Assembly (NCBI GenBank): GCA_964452465.1
Contig: CAYVMD010000002.1
Coordinates: 9,702-73,701 of the forward strand
Length of the DNA: 64,000 nucleotides
Source of the DNA: an uncultured bacterium
Lineage (GTDB): Bacteria; Armatimonadota; JACIXR01
Direction of reading: 5' to 3'
This document shows positions 1-9,554 of this stretch, one piece after another; position 1 is the stretch's first letter, and each line of letters starts with the position of its first letter. Position numbers and translations under genes: made by a program. The notes under the pieces are model-generated. The model was given only the letters and a program-made list of their open reading frames with translations. It did no database searches and was not told where the DNA came from.

Positions 1-614
1 GGGAGAGCCTTCCCAAGGAGATGGTATGGGAGAGAACCGGAAGGGCATTGGAGATAGAAGGAAAGTGGGAGTTGCGCTTCCCTCCCAATTGGGGGGCGCC
101 GGATAGGGTGTTCTTCGATCGCTTGATATCTTGGTCGGAGCATCCCGATCCCGGCATACGCTACTTCTCGGGCACCGCTACCTATAGGAAGATCTTCCAG
201 ATCCCTCCGGGATTTTGGAAGAAGGGAGAAAGGGTCTCTTTGGATCTGGGAGAGGTGGAGGTTATGGCGGAGGTGATAGTGAATGGCGAGAATTTGGGCA
301 TCCTTTGGAAGGCTCCCTTTAAAGTGGATGTAACGAGGTGCATCAAGGAAGGGTTGAATGAATTGGAGGTGAGGGTGACTAACCTTTGGGTGAACAGGAT
401 GCTCGGGGACGAGGAGTTGCCCGAGGATAGCGAAAGGAATCCGGATGGCACTTTGCGCCGATGGCCGGATTGGCTTTTGGAGGGGAGGGTAAGTCCCACG
501 GGACGGTTCACCTTCACCACTTGGCGCCTCTGGCGGAAAGGGGAACCGCTCCTTCGGTCTGGACTCTTGGGCCCCGTCCGTCTGGAGGTCCTTAAAATAG
601 CCTCGCCAAAATGA
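1..614 (+). CDS. C-terminal fragment of a glycoside hydrolase (jelly-roll sugar-binding domain, GH2/GH106-like); 5' end lies before the window
   Basis: Frame open from nt 3; conserved C-terminal module FSGTATYRK...DLGEV...VNGENLG...DVT...LEVRVTNLWVNRM...SGLLGPVRL typical of GH2-type C-terminal domains; 4-nt overlap (ATGA) with the next gene. Confidence 0.5.
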   Translation, partial: ESLPKEMVWERTGRALEIEGKWELRFPPNWGAPDRVFFDRLISWSEHPDPGIRYFSGTATYRKIFQIPPGFWKKGERVSLDLGEVEVMAEVIVNGENLGILWKAPFKVDVTRCIKEGLNELEVRVTNLWVNRMLGDEELPEDSERNPDGTLRRWPDWLLEGRVSPTGRFTFTTWRLWRKGEPLLRSGLLGPVRLEVLKIASPK

Positions 615-1660
615 GGCAAATCGCCTTTTTGCTTTCTCTATTGCTCATATCCGTCATAGGGAGGGAGAGCATGGCTTATAGGATAGTCTGTAATGGGCGA
701 TCGGCGGGCGGATACGCCGCATTTCCCGATATCTGTAGGTTGAGAAATGGGGAGCTCCTCTGCGTCTTCTACTCTGGCTATGGGCATATATCCTCCCCCA
801 ATGAGGATTTCCCTAAAGGGGGAAGGGTCATGGCGGTGCGTTCCAAGGACGAGGGCAGGACCTGGAGCGAGCCCTATGTGCTCGTTGACACCCCTCACGA
901 CGACCGCGACCCCCACATCGCCTGTCTTTCCGATGGCACCCTCATCCTCACCTGGTTCGTGATATGGAACCCCAAAGAGATGCCGGAAGACGAGAAGCAC
1001 TCCATTGCTACCTTCATCGCTTTCTCCCGGGACAACGGATACACCTTCAGCGAGCCCAGGAGGTTGAGGGTTCCTAGCGAATATTGGTTCGCCTGCTCCG
1101 CTCCCGTTAGGATCCTATCGGATGGTTCATTGCTCCTCGGCTTATATTACGCGGATGATAAGCGCGCCTTCGGCGCCACTATCAAATCTTATGATAAGGG
1201 GAAAACTTGGAGGGATTTAGCCTTCATCGGGAAGAACTCTGGCGTTTATTTGGATGCGGAGACGGATGTGATAGAGTTGAAGGACGGGAGGCTTCTCGCT
1301 GGACTGCGTTCCTCCAAGGGGGAGTTTCACTTCGCCCTCTCGGAGGATAAGGGGAGGAGTTGGGGGAAGGTTTGGTCGGCGGGCTTTCCCGGGCATTGTC
1401 CTTACTTCCTTCGCCACAGCAGTGGCGTTATACTGCTTGCCCATCGCCTGCCTGCCACCGCCCTCCACTGGAGTTGGGACGAGGGTAAAACCTGGCAGGG
1501 ACCCCTCCAGATAGACGATGTCATAGGTGCCTATCCATCCCTCGTGGAACTGAAGGACAGGACGGTCCTCTGCGTGTATTATGAGGAGGGAGAGGGGTCC
1601 AGCATCCGCGCCACCAGGTTGAGGATAGAAGGGAAGGAGGTAAAATTGGTAGAGGAATGA
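611..1660 (+). CDS. BNR/Asp-box repeat glycosidase (sialidase/GH33-like), secreted
   Basis: N-terminal hydrophobic signal peptide; five Asp-box motifs (SKDEGRTW, SRDNGYTF, SYDKGKTW, SEDKGRSW, SWDEGKTW) spaced as in six-bladed propeller sialidases. Confidence 0.65.
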   Translation: MRQIAFLLSLLLISVIGRESMAYRIVCNGRSAGGYAAFPDICRLRNGELLCVFYSGYGHISSPNEDFPKGGRVMAVRSKDEGRTWSEPYVLVDTPHDDRDPHIACLSDGTLILTWFVIWNPKEMPEDEKHSIATFIAFSRDNGYTFSEPRRLRVPSEYWFACSAPVRILSDGSLLLGLYYADDKRAFGATIKSYDKGKTWRDLAFIGKNSGVYLDAETDVIELKDGRLLAGLRSSKGEFHFALSEDKGRSWGKVWSAGFPGHCPYFLRHSSGVILLAHRLPATALHWSWDEGKTWQGPLQIDDVIGAYPSLVELKDRTVLCVYYEEGEGSSIRATRLRIEGKEVKLVEE

Positions 1661-1681
1661 CCTTTATTTTTGTCCTTCTGA

Positions 1682-3505
1682 ATGGGTCAATTAGAGCTTA
1701 TGACAAGGAGTTCTCCTGTAGTGGTATCGCGAAGCGGAAGGAGGCGCTGCACAATGGTTTGGCTTATGATGTTCGGGCTTATGGGGACCGCTCTCTCGCG
1801 TCCTACCTTAAGTGCTAGCGATGTTGTTTTCATGTATGTGCCTCGCGAAGCGAGCCTTTACGATGCCTACGCCGGCACCGTTGTCGGTTGGGCGGGACGT
1901 GCTCCTTCTCGCCAGCCCCAGCATGTCCAGTGGTTCCGACAGCGGGTGGAGGAAGCCAAACAGCATAACCTGCGCTACTGCGGGAGCATGGATTTCCTCG
2001 TGGACTTCGCTGGCTTCATCGACTTTCGTCCCGATAACTTCCCGGAGGCCGTGTGCCGGGATTTGGATGGCAATCCCATCACCGTTCCCTGGTTGTGGGA
2101 CCACCGCCACAAAGGGCATCCCGCCTATTGGTTCTGCACCAACAGTCCCGATTACCAAAGTTATTTGCGGGACCAAGTGGAACGCGCCTGCCTCGCACCC
2201 ATTGATGGATTGCATATTGATGATTGGCGGGGAACAGCGGGGTGCTCGGCGTGGAACGGAGGATGCTTCTGTAAGGCTTGCAAGGAGGAGTTCCGGCGAT
2301 GGTTGCGCCAGCGTTTATCGCCCGAACAGCAACGCCAATTGGGCATCACTGACCTCGATGCTTTCGATATCCAAGAGTTCCTCAAGGGCAAAGGAATAAC
2401 CGCTGAGCAGTGGCGACGGGAAAGATGGCGATTGCCCTTGGGCGATCTGTTCCAGCAATTCCAAACGGAGCAGATGTTGCGCGTGGTGCGTGAGGTGTTC
2501 GAGTATGCAGAGCGATTGGTAGGGCACCCCTTGCTCCTCAGCGTCAACTCGAGCGCCTCATCGCCGGAAGCCCTCGTCGTTGCGCCCCTCGTGGACTTCT
2601 TCTGCGGAGAAATGGAGCATTATGCTTCCAAGGGGGAAGTGCCTTTAGAACCTGCGTTTGTGTTCCGATTGGTGGAGGGATTGGGTAAACGCCAAGTTGC
2701 GACCGCCGGAGGGAACGATTGGGCGTGGATCGCTGCTAACGAAAAGCCCGGGCTCGTGCGGACTTGGATCGCTCAATCCTACGCCTTCGGTAGTCTCTTC
2801 ATGGTCCCTCACCACCAGTGGTGCTACACTGCGGAGAAGGGCACTCACTGGTGGGAGGGCAAGACGGGGGATTTCGCCTTCGTCTACAGGTTCGTTCGCA
2901 CCAATGCCCGACTATTCGACGATTATAAGCCCCTCGCCGACCTCGCCCTCATCTACACCAACGCTAACTTCGAGGAGATCCGTTCAGCAAGTCTGGAGCT
3001 CCTCCGCGCCAATGTGCCCTTCGCCATCTTGGTCGCAGAGCCGTCATTGGGCGTCTTCCTAACGCAAAGGGACCTCTCTTCTTATCGATGGTTGATGCGA
3101 GGCAAGGAACCATCCCCCGTTGAAGGAAAAGAAGGGAGCAAAGGCATTTTGATATGGCGGGGATTGGGGGAACTGCCCAAGGAATTGCAACGGCAGGTCC
3201 TCGTGGAGGGGGCGTCGAATGTGCGGGTCTCCCTCCGCTACAACCCCAAGGATCCCGAAACTCCCGTCGTGTGCCATCTCCTCAATCAGGACTACGATGT
3301 CAAAACTGATGAGGTTCGTCCCGCCGATGTTAAGGTAACCCTCAGCGAGGCGCTTCTGCGTAAAGCCCTCCGCCACCAGCCCAGGGAGGCTATCCTCCAC
3401 CTCCCTAACAAGCCCCCCCAACGCATTCCCCTGGAGAGGAGGAACGGGGCGGTCCAATTTGCCGTTCCCCATTTAGGCTTCTGGGCGATCGTCGCCATTC
3501 AATAA
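1682..3505 (+). CDS. Hypothetical secreted TIM-barrel glycoside-hydrolase-like protein (GH42-like CxCxxC motif); probable true start near 1754 (MVWLMMFGLMGTALS)
   Basis: Internal Met followed by a signal-peptide-like stretch; motif GGCFCKAC (CxCxxC) resembles the GH42 zinc site; Trp/Tyr-rich TIM-barrel-like composition; family not recognised with certainty. Confidence 0.35.
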   Translation: MGQLELMTRSSPVVVSRSGRRRCTMVWLMMFGLMGTALSRPTLSASDVVFMYVPREASLYDAYAGTVVGWAGRAPSRQPQHVQWFRQRVEEAKQHNLRYCGSMDFLVDFAGFIDFRPDNFPEAVCRDLDGNPITVPWLWDHRHKGHPAYWFCTNSPDYQSYLRDQVERACLAPIDGLHIDDWRGTAGCSAWNGGCFCKACKEEFRRWLRQRLSPEQQRQLGITDLDAFDIQEFLKGKGITAEQWRRERWRLPLGDLFQQFQTEQMLRVVREVFEYAERLVGHPLLLSVNSSASSPEALVVAPLVDFFCGEMEHYASKGEVPLEPAFVFRLVEGLGKRQVATAGGNDWAWIAANEKPGLVRTWIAQSYAFGSLFMVPHHQWCYTAEKGTHWWEGKTGDFAFVYRFVRTNARLFDDYKPLADLALIYTNANFEEIRSASLELLRANVPFAILVAEPSLGVFLTQRDLSSYRWLMRGKEPSPVEGKEGSKGILIWRGLGELPKELQRQVLVEGASNVRVSLRYNPKDPETPVVCHLLNQDYDVKTDEVRPADVKVTLSEALLRKALRHQPREAILHLPNKPPQRIPLERRNGAVQFAVPHLGFWAIVAIQ

Positions 3506-3542
3506 TAAAACATGGACAAGGAATGAGAGGAGGTTCTTAGAA

Positions 3543-4991
3543 ATGAAGGAGGGAACTATTTTAATAGGATGGGCGGAGAAGGATCTAACGCCCCACAGGA
3601 GGGTGAACCTGGCGGGGCAATTTCATATCCGCATTTCGGAATATGTGAACGACCCGGTTAAGGCAACCGTCCTCGCGATCTCCAATGGGGAGGAGCAGGT
3701 AGTCTTCGTATCCTGCGACACCGTTGCTATACCTCTTTATATCCTTAAGAGGGTAAGGGAGGAGGTGAAGGAGAAAGTGCCAGATCTGGACCCTGATAAG
3801 ATCATCCTCAACGCAACGCACACCCATACCGCCCCCGATACCTCCGACGAATATGGACCCTTGCCCGCGGATGTTATGAAGCCCTCCGAATATAGGGAAT
3901 TATTCGTAGAGAGGGTGGTGGAGGGGATAATGGAAGCCTGGAATAACAAGGAGGAGGGGGGAATAGCGTGGGGGCTTGGCTGTGCGGTCGTTGGGCACAA
4001 CAGGAGGGTGGTTTATTTCGACGATTTGAGCAAGAGGGAGGGATATGCGCCGTCCTGGGGGAGGATCGTGGATGGCACCGCGAGCATGTATGGAAATGTG
4101 AGCGATCCCAATTTCAGCCATATAGAGGGATATGTTGACCATTATATTGACATGCTCTTCACCTATGATAAAGCGGAGAGACTGACGGGAATGGTGGTAA
4201 ACCTCGCTTGTCCCTCCCAAGAGACGGAGGGGGAAAGTTACATCTCGGCGGATTTTTGGCATGAGATAAGGACGGAAATTAGAGGTGGGTTTGGGGAGGA
4301 TATCTTCATTCTGGCACAGTGCAGTTCAGCGGGGGACCAATCGCCCCATAGGTTGCTTTACAAGGATGCAGAGGATAGGATGTTGAAACTGAAGGGGATA
4401 AGCATGAGACAGGAGATAGGGCGAAGGGTGGCAAGTGCGGTGGGGGAAGTCCTCCCCTATGTGCAGAAGGACAAGAGGGGAAAGGTGATTTTAAAACACA
4501 TAGTAAAGGAGATAAACTTGAAGAAAAGGTTCGTCACTGACGAGGAGTGGGAGATTGCTAAACAGGAGTATGAAAGATTGAAGGAATGGCAGCCCCAGAA
4601 CGATATGGAAAGATCGGTTCAATGGGTGAGCATGGGGCGATGTCTAAAAGTGATGGAGAGATACGAGAGGCAGAAGGCGGAGCCATATTTCCCCATGGAA
4701 CTGCATGTTATCCGGTTGGGGGATATCGCCTTCGCCACCAACTGTTTCGAACTATTCCTCGATTACGGCTTGAGGATCAAAGTACGGAGTCCCGCGGTGC
4801 AAACCTTCCTCGTCCAACTATGTGCTGGGCTTCCGGGGGCGTTTATTGGAGGATATCTTCCCACGGAGCGCGCGGTTTCAGGGAAGGGCTACAGCGCAAA
4901 TGTATACGATAACCTCGTCGGTCCCGAGGGGGGGCAGCAATTGGTGGAGGAAACCGTTAAGGCCTTAAGGGAATTATGGTGTATCGCTTGA
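3543..4991 (+). CDS. Neutral/alkaline ceramidase N-terminal-domain-like hydrolase (paralog 1)
   Basis: Ceramidase-N-domain layout (GW..DLTP...LAG...A...V...D...) with conserved block NATHTHTAPD (cf. ATHTHSGP of neutral ceramidases); AGGAGG-like SD upstream. Confidence 0.55.
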   Translation: MKEGTILIGWAEKDLTPHRRVNLAGQFHIRISEYVNDPVKATVLAISNGEEQVVFVSCDTVAIPLYILKRVREEVKEKVPDLDPDKIILNATHTHTAPDTSDEYGPLPADVMKPSEYRELFVERVVEGIMEAWNNKEEGGIAWGLGCAVVGHNRRVVYFDDLSKREGYAPSWGRIVDGTASMYGNVSDPNFSHIEGYVDHYIDMLFTYDKAERLTGMVVNLACPSQETEGESYISADFWHEIRTEIRGGFGEDIFILAQCSSAGDQSPHRLLYKDAEDRMLKLKGISMRQEIGRRVASAVGEVLPYVQKDKRGKVILKHIVKEINLKKRFVTDEEWEIAKQEYERLKEWQPQNDMERSVQWVSMGRCLKVMERYERQKAEPYFPMELHVIRLGDIAFATNCFELFLDYGLRIKVRSPAVQTFLVQLCAGLPGAFIGGYLPTERAVSGKGYSANVYDNLVGPEGGQQLVEETVKALRELWCIA

Positions 4992-7039
4992 AGGAAGAGG
5001 GGTTGGGTTGTTCCATATTACATATCTTTATTTTGATGGGGATTTTGCTATTTATTTCAGGCTGGAGCATCTTCGGGATGCAGGAGAAGCCCTCCTTCGT
5101 TAGTCGCTTCGAGGTAGTGGAGGAGAAGGCTTGGAGGGAAGGGGGGACTACTCGGTTGGTGGGGGAGATCCTCGATGCCCAATCCGACGCGGAGGTTCAA
5201 CCCCTATTTCTTCCTGCGAGGGTAACGATCACCGCAAGCGATGGTAGCCATCCCGATGGTTCGGGACGAGGGGTATACCAGGATGGTAGGTTCTATTGTG
5301 AGGGGAGGTTTGCCGTCGAGGTTTTGCCGGGAGAAACGAGGGTCTTCATCTCCTCTGGTCCTGACTATATACCCCTCGATTTCAAAGTAGACCTCAAGGC
5401 AGGAAGGGAAACGAGGGTTCGAGTGTTCCTCAAGCGTTGGTTTTCCCCTCGGGCACTCGGTTGGTGCTGTGGGGATAACCATCTTCACATAAGACATGAT
5501 CCTGCAGGGGAGATAAAAATCGACGAGGAGTATGGCGCGCTGCAGGCAAAGGCGGAGGGCTTGGATTATATAACGGAGTGCGACGCGGGGCTACGCTCCG
5601 AGGACCTATCCCGTCTGAGCGGGAGGGATTTCCTCTATCGTCAAGCCCCTGAAATTCATACCGGTTGTTTCACGGGGCATGCCAATACCCCAGGCATACG
5701 GCGATTCCTCAACGAGAAGGAGATGGAAGAGATCCATCATTCCATTCTCCCTTTTCAAGTGCTATGCAGAAAGGTGCACGAATTAGGCGGCATCGTCATC
5801 TATACCCACACATTGCCGGTGCCCCGCCTCCATTGGATGGGTGCCACTGAGAGCCTTTCGGATGCGGTTATGGGAAATTGCGCGGACGCTTTCGATGTGG
5901 GGAACAGGATGGAGGAACTCGTGTGGTTCACTATACTCAATCTCGGCAACAAGGTGGCGGTGAGCGGTTCCACCGATGCGGTCCTCCTGAGGAGGGACAC
6001 CCCTCCGCCAGGAGCGAGGCGTGTATACTGTAGGGCGGACGGATTCGATTACGAGGATATCGTGGAGGGGATTCGGCAAGGAAGGACCTTCGTTACCAAC
6101 GCCGGACCGATATTCCCCTTCCTTGAGATAAACGGTCATCAGGCGGGCGATAGGGTAAAATTAACCTCCCCTCTCGAATGTAAAGCCACCCTTAAGGTGT
6201 ATCATCTCTATCCTATAACACAAGCGGAGATAATAAGGAATGGCAATCCATTGTCAGGATTGAAGGAGGAGATCCGCTCGACATCGCCAGATTCGCCGAG
6301 CGTTTTCGATCTGGAATTTCGGGAGGACGAGGACGCTTGGTATGTCGCCCGAGTGGAGGATGAGAAGGGAAATTGGGCGCTCACGAGCCCCATCTATTTC
6401 GAGCGAAAGAAAAAGACCCGCCCCGCCAGCCTTATCGCATTGGAGATAGGGAATTTCACCCGCCTGTGCGAGTTGCGGCGAAGTTTCTTCGCCCATATCA
6501 TCGTTACGGTCTCCCAGGACGAGCTGCAGAAGGTGGTCCTGCTCAGAGATGGGAAGATAACGAAGGAATTCTCCTCCTCGGATGGCGATTATATGCCCTC
6601 GGGGAAGATCCCCGTAACCCAATTGGGAGGGGAATACAGCGAGGGTTGGGTGTGGTATCCTTCGCCTTCCGAGGCGGTGCACTTCCAAGCGGATTATCCG
6701 GTGGACGAATCGGGGTGGTATAGCGTTCAGGTCTTCACGAGGAGTGGGAGGAAAATCCGTTCCGAGGAGATCTATTACGACGCCAGCGAGCCCAATAGCC
6801 AAGAGGTCTCCCTGCTTTGTCTCAACAGCGAGGGGGTGAGCCTAACACTAAGGGGATATGGGGAGGAGATGTCCCTGAAGGATATAAAGGTTCCCTTCGA
6901 GGGAGACCATTGGTGGTATCCCTACAACGCCTTCCTGGAGGTGGAGGCGATCTTTAAGGGACAAAGGTATTTTATAACCTCGGGAGGAAAGGGAAAGGGG
7001 AAATTTCGGCGGGGTGGGATGCTCAGCGATTGTTCATAA
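4976..7039 (+). CDS. Putative metal-dependent hydrolase (PHP/CehA-McbA-like) with N-terminal TM/signal segment
   Basis: GWCCGDNHLHIRHD His-rich motif resembling PHP/CehA-type metallohydrolases; hydrophobic N-terminus; overlaps neighbours, suggesting operon membership. Confidence 0.35.
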   Translation: MVYRLKEEGLGCSILHIFILMGILLFISGWSIFGMQEKPSFVSRFEVVEEKAWREGGTTRLVGEILDAQSDAEVQPLFLPARVTITASDGSHPDGSGRGVYQDGRFYCEGRFAVEVLPGETRVFISSGPDYIPLDFKVDLKAGRETRVRVFLKRWFSPRALGWCCGDNHLHIRHDPAGEIKIDEEYGALQAKAEGLDYITECDAGLRSEDLSRLSGRDFLYRQAPEIHTGCFTGHANTPGIRRFLNEKEMEEIHHSILPFQVLCRKVHELGGIVIYTHTLPVPRLHWMGATESLSDAVMGNCADAFDVGNRMEELVWFTILNLGNKVAVSGSTDAVLLRRDTPPPGARRVYCRADGFDYEDIVEGIRQGRTFVTNAGPIFPFLEINGHQAGDRVKLTSPLECKATLKVYHLYPITQAEIIRNGNPLSGLKEEIRSTSPDSPSVFDLEFREDEDAWYVARVEDEKGNWALTSPIYFERKKKTRPASLIALEIGNFTRLCELRRSFFAHIIVTVSQDELQKVVLLRDGKITKEFSSSDGDYMPSGKIPVTQLGGEYSEGWVWYPSPSEAVHFQADYPVDESGWYSVQVFTRSGRKIRSEEIYYDASEPNSQEVSLLCLNSEGVSLTLRGYGEEMSLKDIKVPFEGDHWWYPYNAFLEVEAIFKGQRYFITSGGKGKGKFRRGGMLSDCS

Positions 7040-7074
7040 CGAAACCAAAATATCAAAAAGGAGGTTGCAGGAAG

Positions 7075-8145
7075 ATGAGTAAATGGAAAGTAGGAGTCGT
7101 AGGGCTCCAAAGAGGAAGGGTCTTCGTGGATATCTTCCTCAATCATCCCAAGACAGAGGTTTCCGCCCTTTGTGATGTCAACGAGAAGCTCCTGGAGGAT
7201 AGGGGAAGGGCTGTGGGGTTGCCCGATAGCCATCTCTTCACTTCCTTTGAGGAGTTCCTCAATGCTCCCATGGATGTGGTGGTCATCGCTACCCCCATCG
7301 AGTTCCATGCGGAGCAGACCATCAAATCCCTCGAGGCGGGGAAGGATGTCCTCTGCGAGCAGACCGCAGCCTACACCGTGGACGATTGCGTCAGGATAGT
7401 GGAGGCGGTGAAGAGGACGGGAAGGATCTACATGATGGCGGAGAACTATATCTATTTTCATTATCTAAGGCAGTGGAAGACCCTGACCGATCAGGGCAAA
7501 TTGGGGAAGGTGGTTTATGCGGAGAACGAATATCTCAACTACATCGTCCCTCTCCTCGTGGACGAGAGGACGGGGCAGTTCTCCTGGCGGGCGGTGCGTC
7601 CGCCCATTTGGTATTGCGCTCACTCCCTCGGCCCCCTTCTCACCTTGATGAACGACCGTATCGTCAAGGCGATGGGCATGTTCAATGGCTTCGAGAAGTT
7701 TCCTCAGTTCAGCTCCTATATAGGATTCGTGGATGTGGAGATGGGCGTTTTCCAAACCCAGAAGGGAGCCCTGATAAAGATCCTCTGCAGTAATACGACG
7801 GTGAGGAAACACCTCATCTACTACAGCCTCTACGGCACGAAGGGATATCTCGAAAGTGGTCGCCTCGATAACAATGGTGTGCTCTTCATAGAGGAGGAGA
7901 TGTCCTCACCCGTTACCTTCCCCTGCCACATCGTGGATCCCGATGTCCCAGAGGAGGAAAGGGCTAAAGGTTTTGGCACCCCCGAGTTCTACATGATAGA
8001 GGATTTCCTCAAGTCCTTGGAAACAAGGACGCGCCCACCCATAGATGTGATTAGATCCATGGATTTCACCCTCCCCGGGCTCATCGCCCACGAATCCGCC
8101 CTCCAAGGTGGGCGCTGGTTGGATGTGCCACTGCTTGAATGGTGA
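7075..8145 (+). CDS. Gfo/Idh/MocA-family NAD(P)-dependent oxidoreductase
   Basis: Rossmann N-terminus KVGVVGLQRG; ATPIEFH...EAGKDVLCEQ block typical of the family; ATG at 7075 preceded by AAAAAGGAGG SD (track start 7030 is an upstream TTG). Confidence 0.7.
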   Translation: MSKWKVGVVGLQRGRVFVDIFLNHPKTEVSALCDVNEKLLEDRGRAVGLPDSHLFTSFEEFLNAPMDVVVIATPIEFHAEQTIKSLEAGKDVLCEQTAAYTVDDCVRIVEAVKRTGRIYMMAENYIYFHYLRQWKTLTDQGKLGKVVYAENEYLNYIVPLLVDERTGQFSWRAVRPPIWYCAHSLGPLLTLMNDRIVKAMGMFNGFEKFPQFSSYIGFVDVEMGVFQTQKGALIKILCSNTTVRKHLIYYSLYGTKGYLESGRLDNNGVLFIEEEMSSPVTFPCHIVDPDVPEEERAKGFGTPEFYMIEDFLKSLETRTRPPIDVIRSMDFTLPGLIAHESALQGGRWLDVPLLEW

Positions 8146-8160
8146 AAGGAGGAGAGCGGG

Positions 8161-9444
8161 ATGGAGACCTTGCTTGTGGGAACAGCCCAGATCGATATAA
8201 CCCCTCCTGTAGGTACCCCTCTGGCAGGGGGAATCTACCCTCGCACCTCCGTGGGCGTTCACGACCCCCTCTATGTAAAGGTGGTGGTTTTGGAGTCCAA
8301 GGGGAAAAGGCTCGCCTATGGCGTCCTCGATCTCTGCGTCCTTCGGAGGGAGGTGATGGACGAGGGGGTAAGGCTGGCAAGCGAATACACGGGTATTCCC
8401 GAGGACCATATCTTCTGGGCTACCAGCCATACCCATTCCGGCCCCTATACCATGCCCCTCTTCGGCTATACCGACGATTGCGTGAACAAAGAATGGCTGA
8501 AAAACCTGCCAGGGAGGTTCGCGGAATGCGTAGCCAAGGCGGATGAGGCGAAAAGACCCGCCAGGATGAGCCACCTGCGCGCCTACAACTACGCCCTTCC
8601 CCTCAATCGTAGGCTTCGCTTTAAGGATGGAAGGGAGATAAACAATTTCCTTTTGGAGAGAGGAGAGGAAAAGTTGCAGTGCATAGGCACCGCAGGCCCT
8701 ATCGATCCCGAGATAGGGATCCTCGCCTTCGACGACGAGGAGGGAAACCTGCTCGCGGTGCTCTATAACTTCGCCCTCCATCTCACCACCCATTTCGGAG
8801 ATGCCTTCAGCGCCGACTACCCCTTCGTTGTGGAAAGAAGGGTGAAGGAGGCGTTTGGGGAAGGGGTAGCGGTTCTCTTCATGCCGGGAGCGATGGGGGA
8901 TATCAACACCTTTAGGAGCATGGAGGAAACAGGGAACATGCTGGCGGACTCCATAATTCCCAAACTCCTCCAAAGAAAGCCACAAGAGGAAGCCCCCTTG
9001 CTTGCAGGGGCGAAATGCGAGGTAACGGTTCCCTACCGGGACCTCTTTCTGGACTACGAGCAGAGGATAAGGGATAGCCAATGGCCGGAGGATGTGCAGG
9101 AGGTGTTCCGCCAGGAGTTGGAGATAATGAGGAAGCAGGGGATAACCGAGGAAAGGACGCTGATCTCCGCCTGGCGCATTGGGGAGGTGGGATTTGCTGG
9201 ACTTCCGGGGGAACTCTTCGTCCAATGGGGCTTGAAGATAAAGGAGGAAAGTCCTTTCCCCTGGACCTATCCCGTTGAGTTATGCGGAGATTACCTCGGC
9301 TATCTCGTCACCGAGAGCGCTTGGAGGGCAGGGGGCTATGAATCTCTCGTAGCCCGAACCGCCAAACCCTCCCCCGAAGGAGTTGGGGTTATGGTCTCCA
9401 AAGCCTTAGACCTCCTCAGGCGCCTCTATTATCAAAGGGATTGA
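8161..9444 (+). CDS. Neutral/alkaline ceramidase N-terminal-domain-like hydrolase (paralog 2, short form)
   Basis: GTAQIDITPPVGTPLAG...ATSHTHSGPYT matches the ceramidase catalytic N-domain; only 427 aa, so no C-terminal tail domain; the opposite-strand ORF 7906..9225 has no recognisable motifs. Confidence 0.6.
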   Translation: METLLVGTAQIDITPPVGTPLAGGIYPRTSVGVHDPLYVKVVVLESKGKRLAYGVLDLCVLRREVMDEGVRLASEYTGIPEDHIFWATSHTHSGPYTMPLFGYTDDCVNKEWLKNLPGRFAECVAKADEAKRPARMSHLRAYNYALPLNRRLRFKDGREINNFLLERGEEKLQCIGTAGPIDPEIGILAFDDEEGNLLAVLYNFALHLTTHFGDAFSADYPFVVERRVKEAFGEGVAVLFMPGAMGDINTFRSMEETGNMLADSIIPKLLQRKPQEEAPLLAGAKCEVTVPYRDLFLDYEQRIRDSQWPEDVQEVFRQELEIMRKQGITEERTLISAWRIGEVGFAGLPGELFVQWGLKIKEESPFPWTYPVELCGDYLGYLVTESAWRAGGYESLVARTAKPSPEGVGVMVSKALDLLRRLYYQRD

Positions 9445-9554
9445 CGCTGATACTTCAAAGAAAAGGGATTTGCCCTCTGAAAGTGAAGAAGGATTTCCAA
9501 AGAATTTGACAGAACTTAGTTTAAGGAGTAGCATGAAAATAAGGCATAGTAAAG

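Noticed and set aside
7906-9225. 439-aa minus-strand ORF antisense to the ceramidase-like gene; similar long antisense ORFs occur at 11022..11684, 13305..13997, 15912..16886, 17602..18708, 20291..21163, 23782..25473, 27816..28526, 40237..40701 and 50085..51017
   Set aside because: No recognisable motifs and low-complexity G/P/R-rich translations. Each overlaps a sense-strand ORF with clear family signatures. Long spurious antisense ORFs are expected at about 60% GC.
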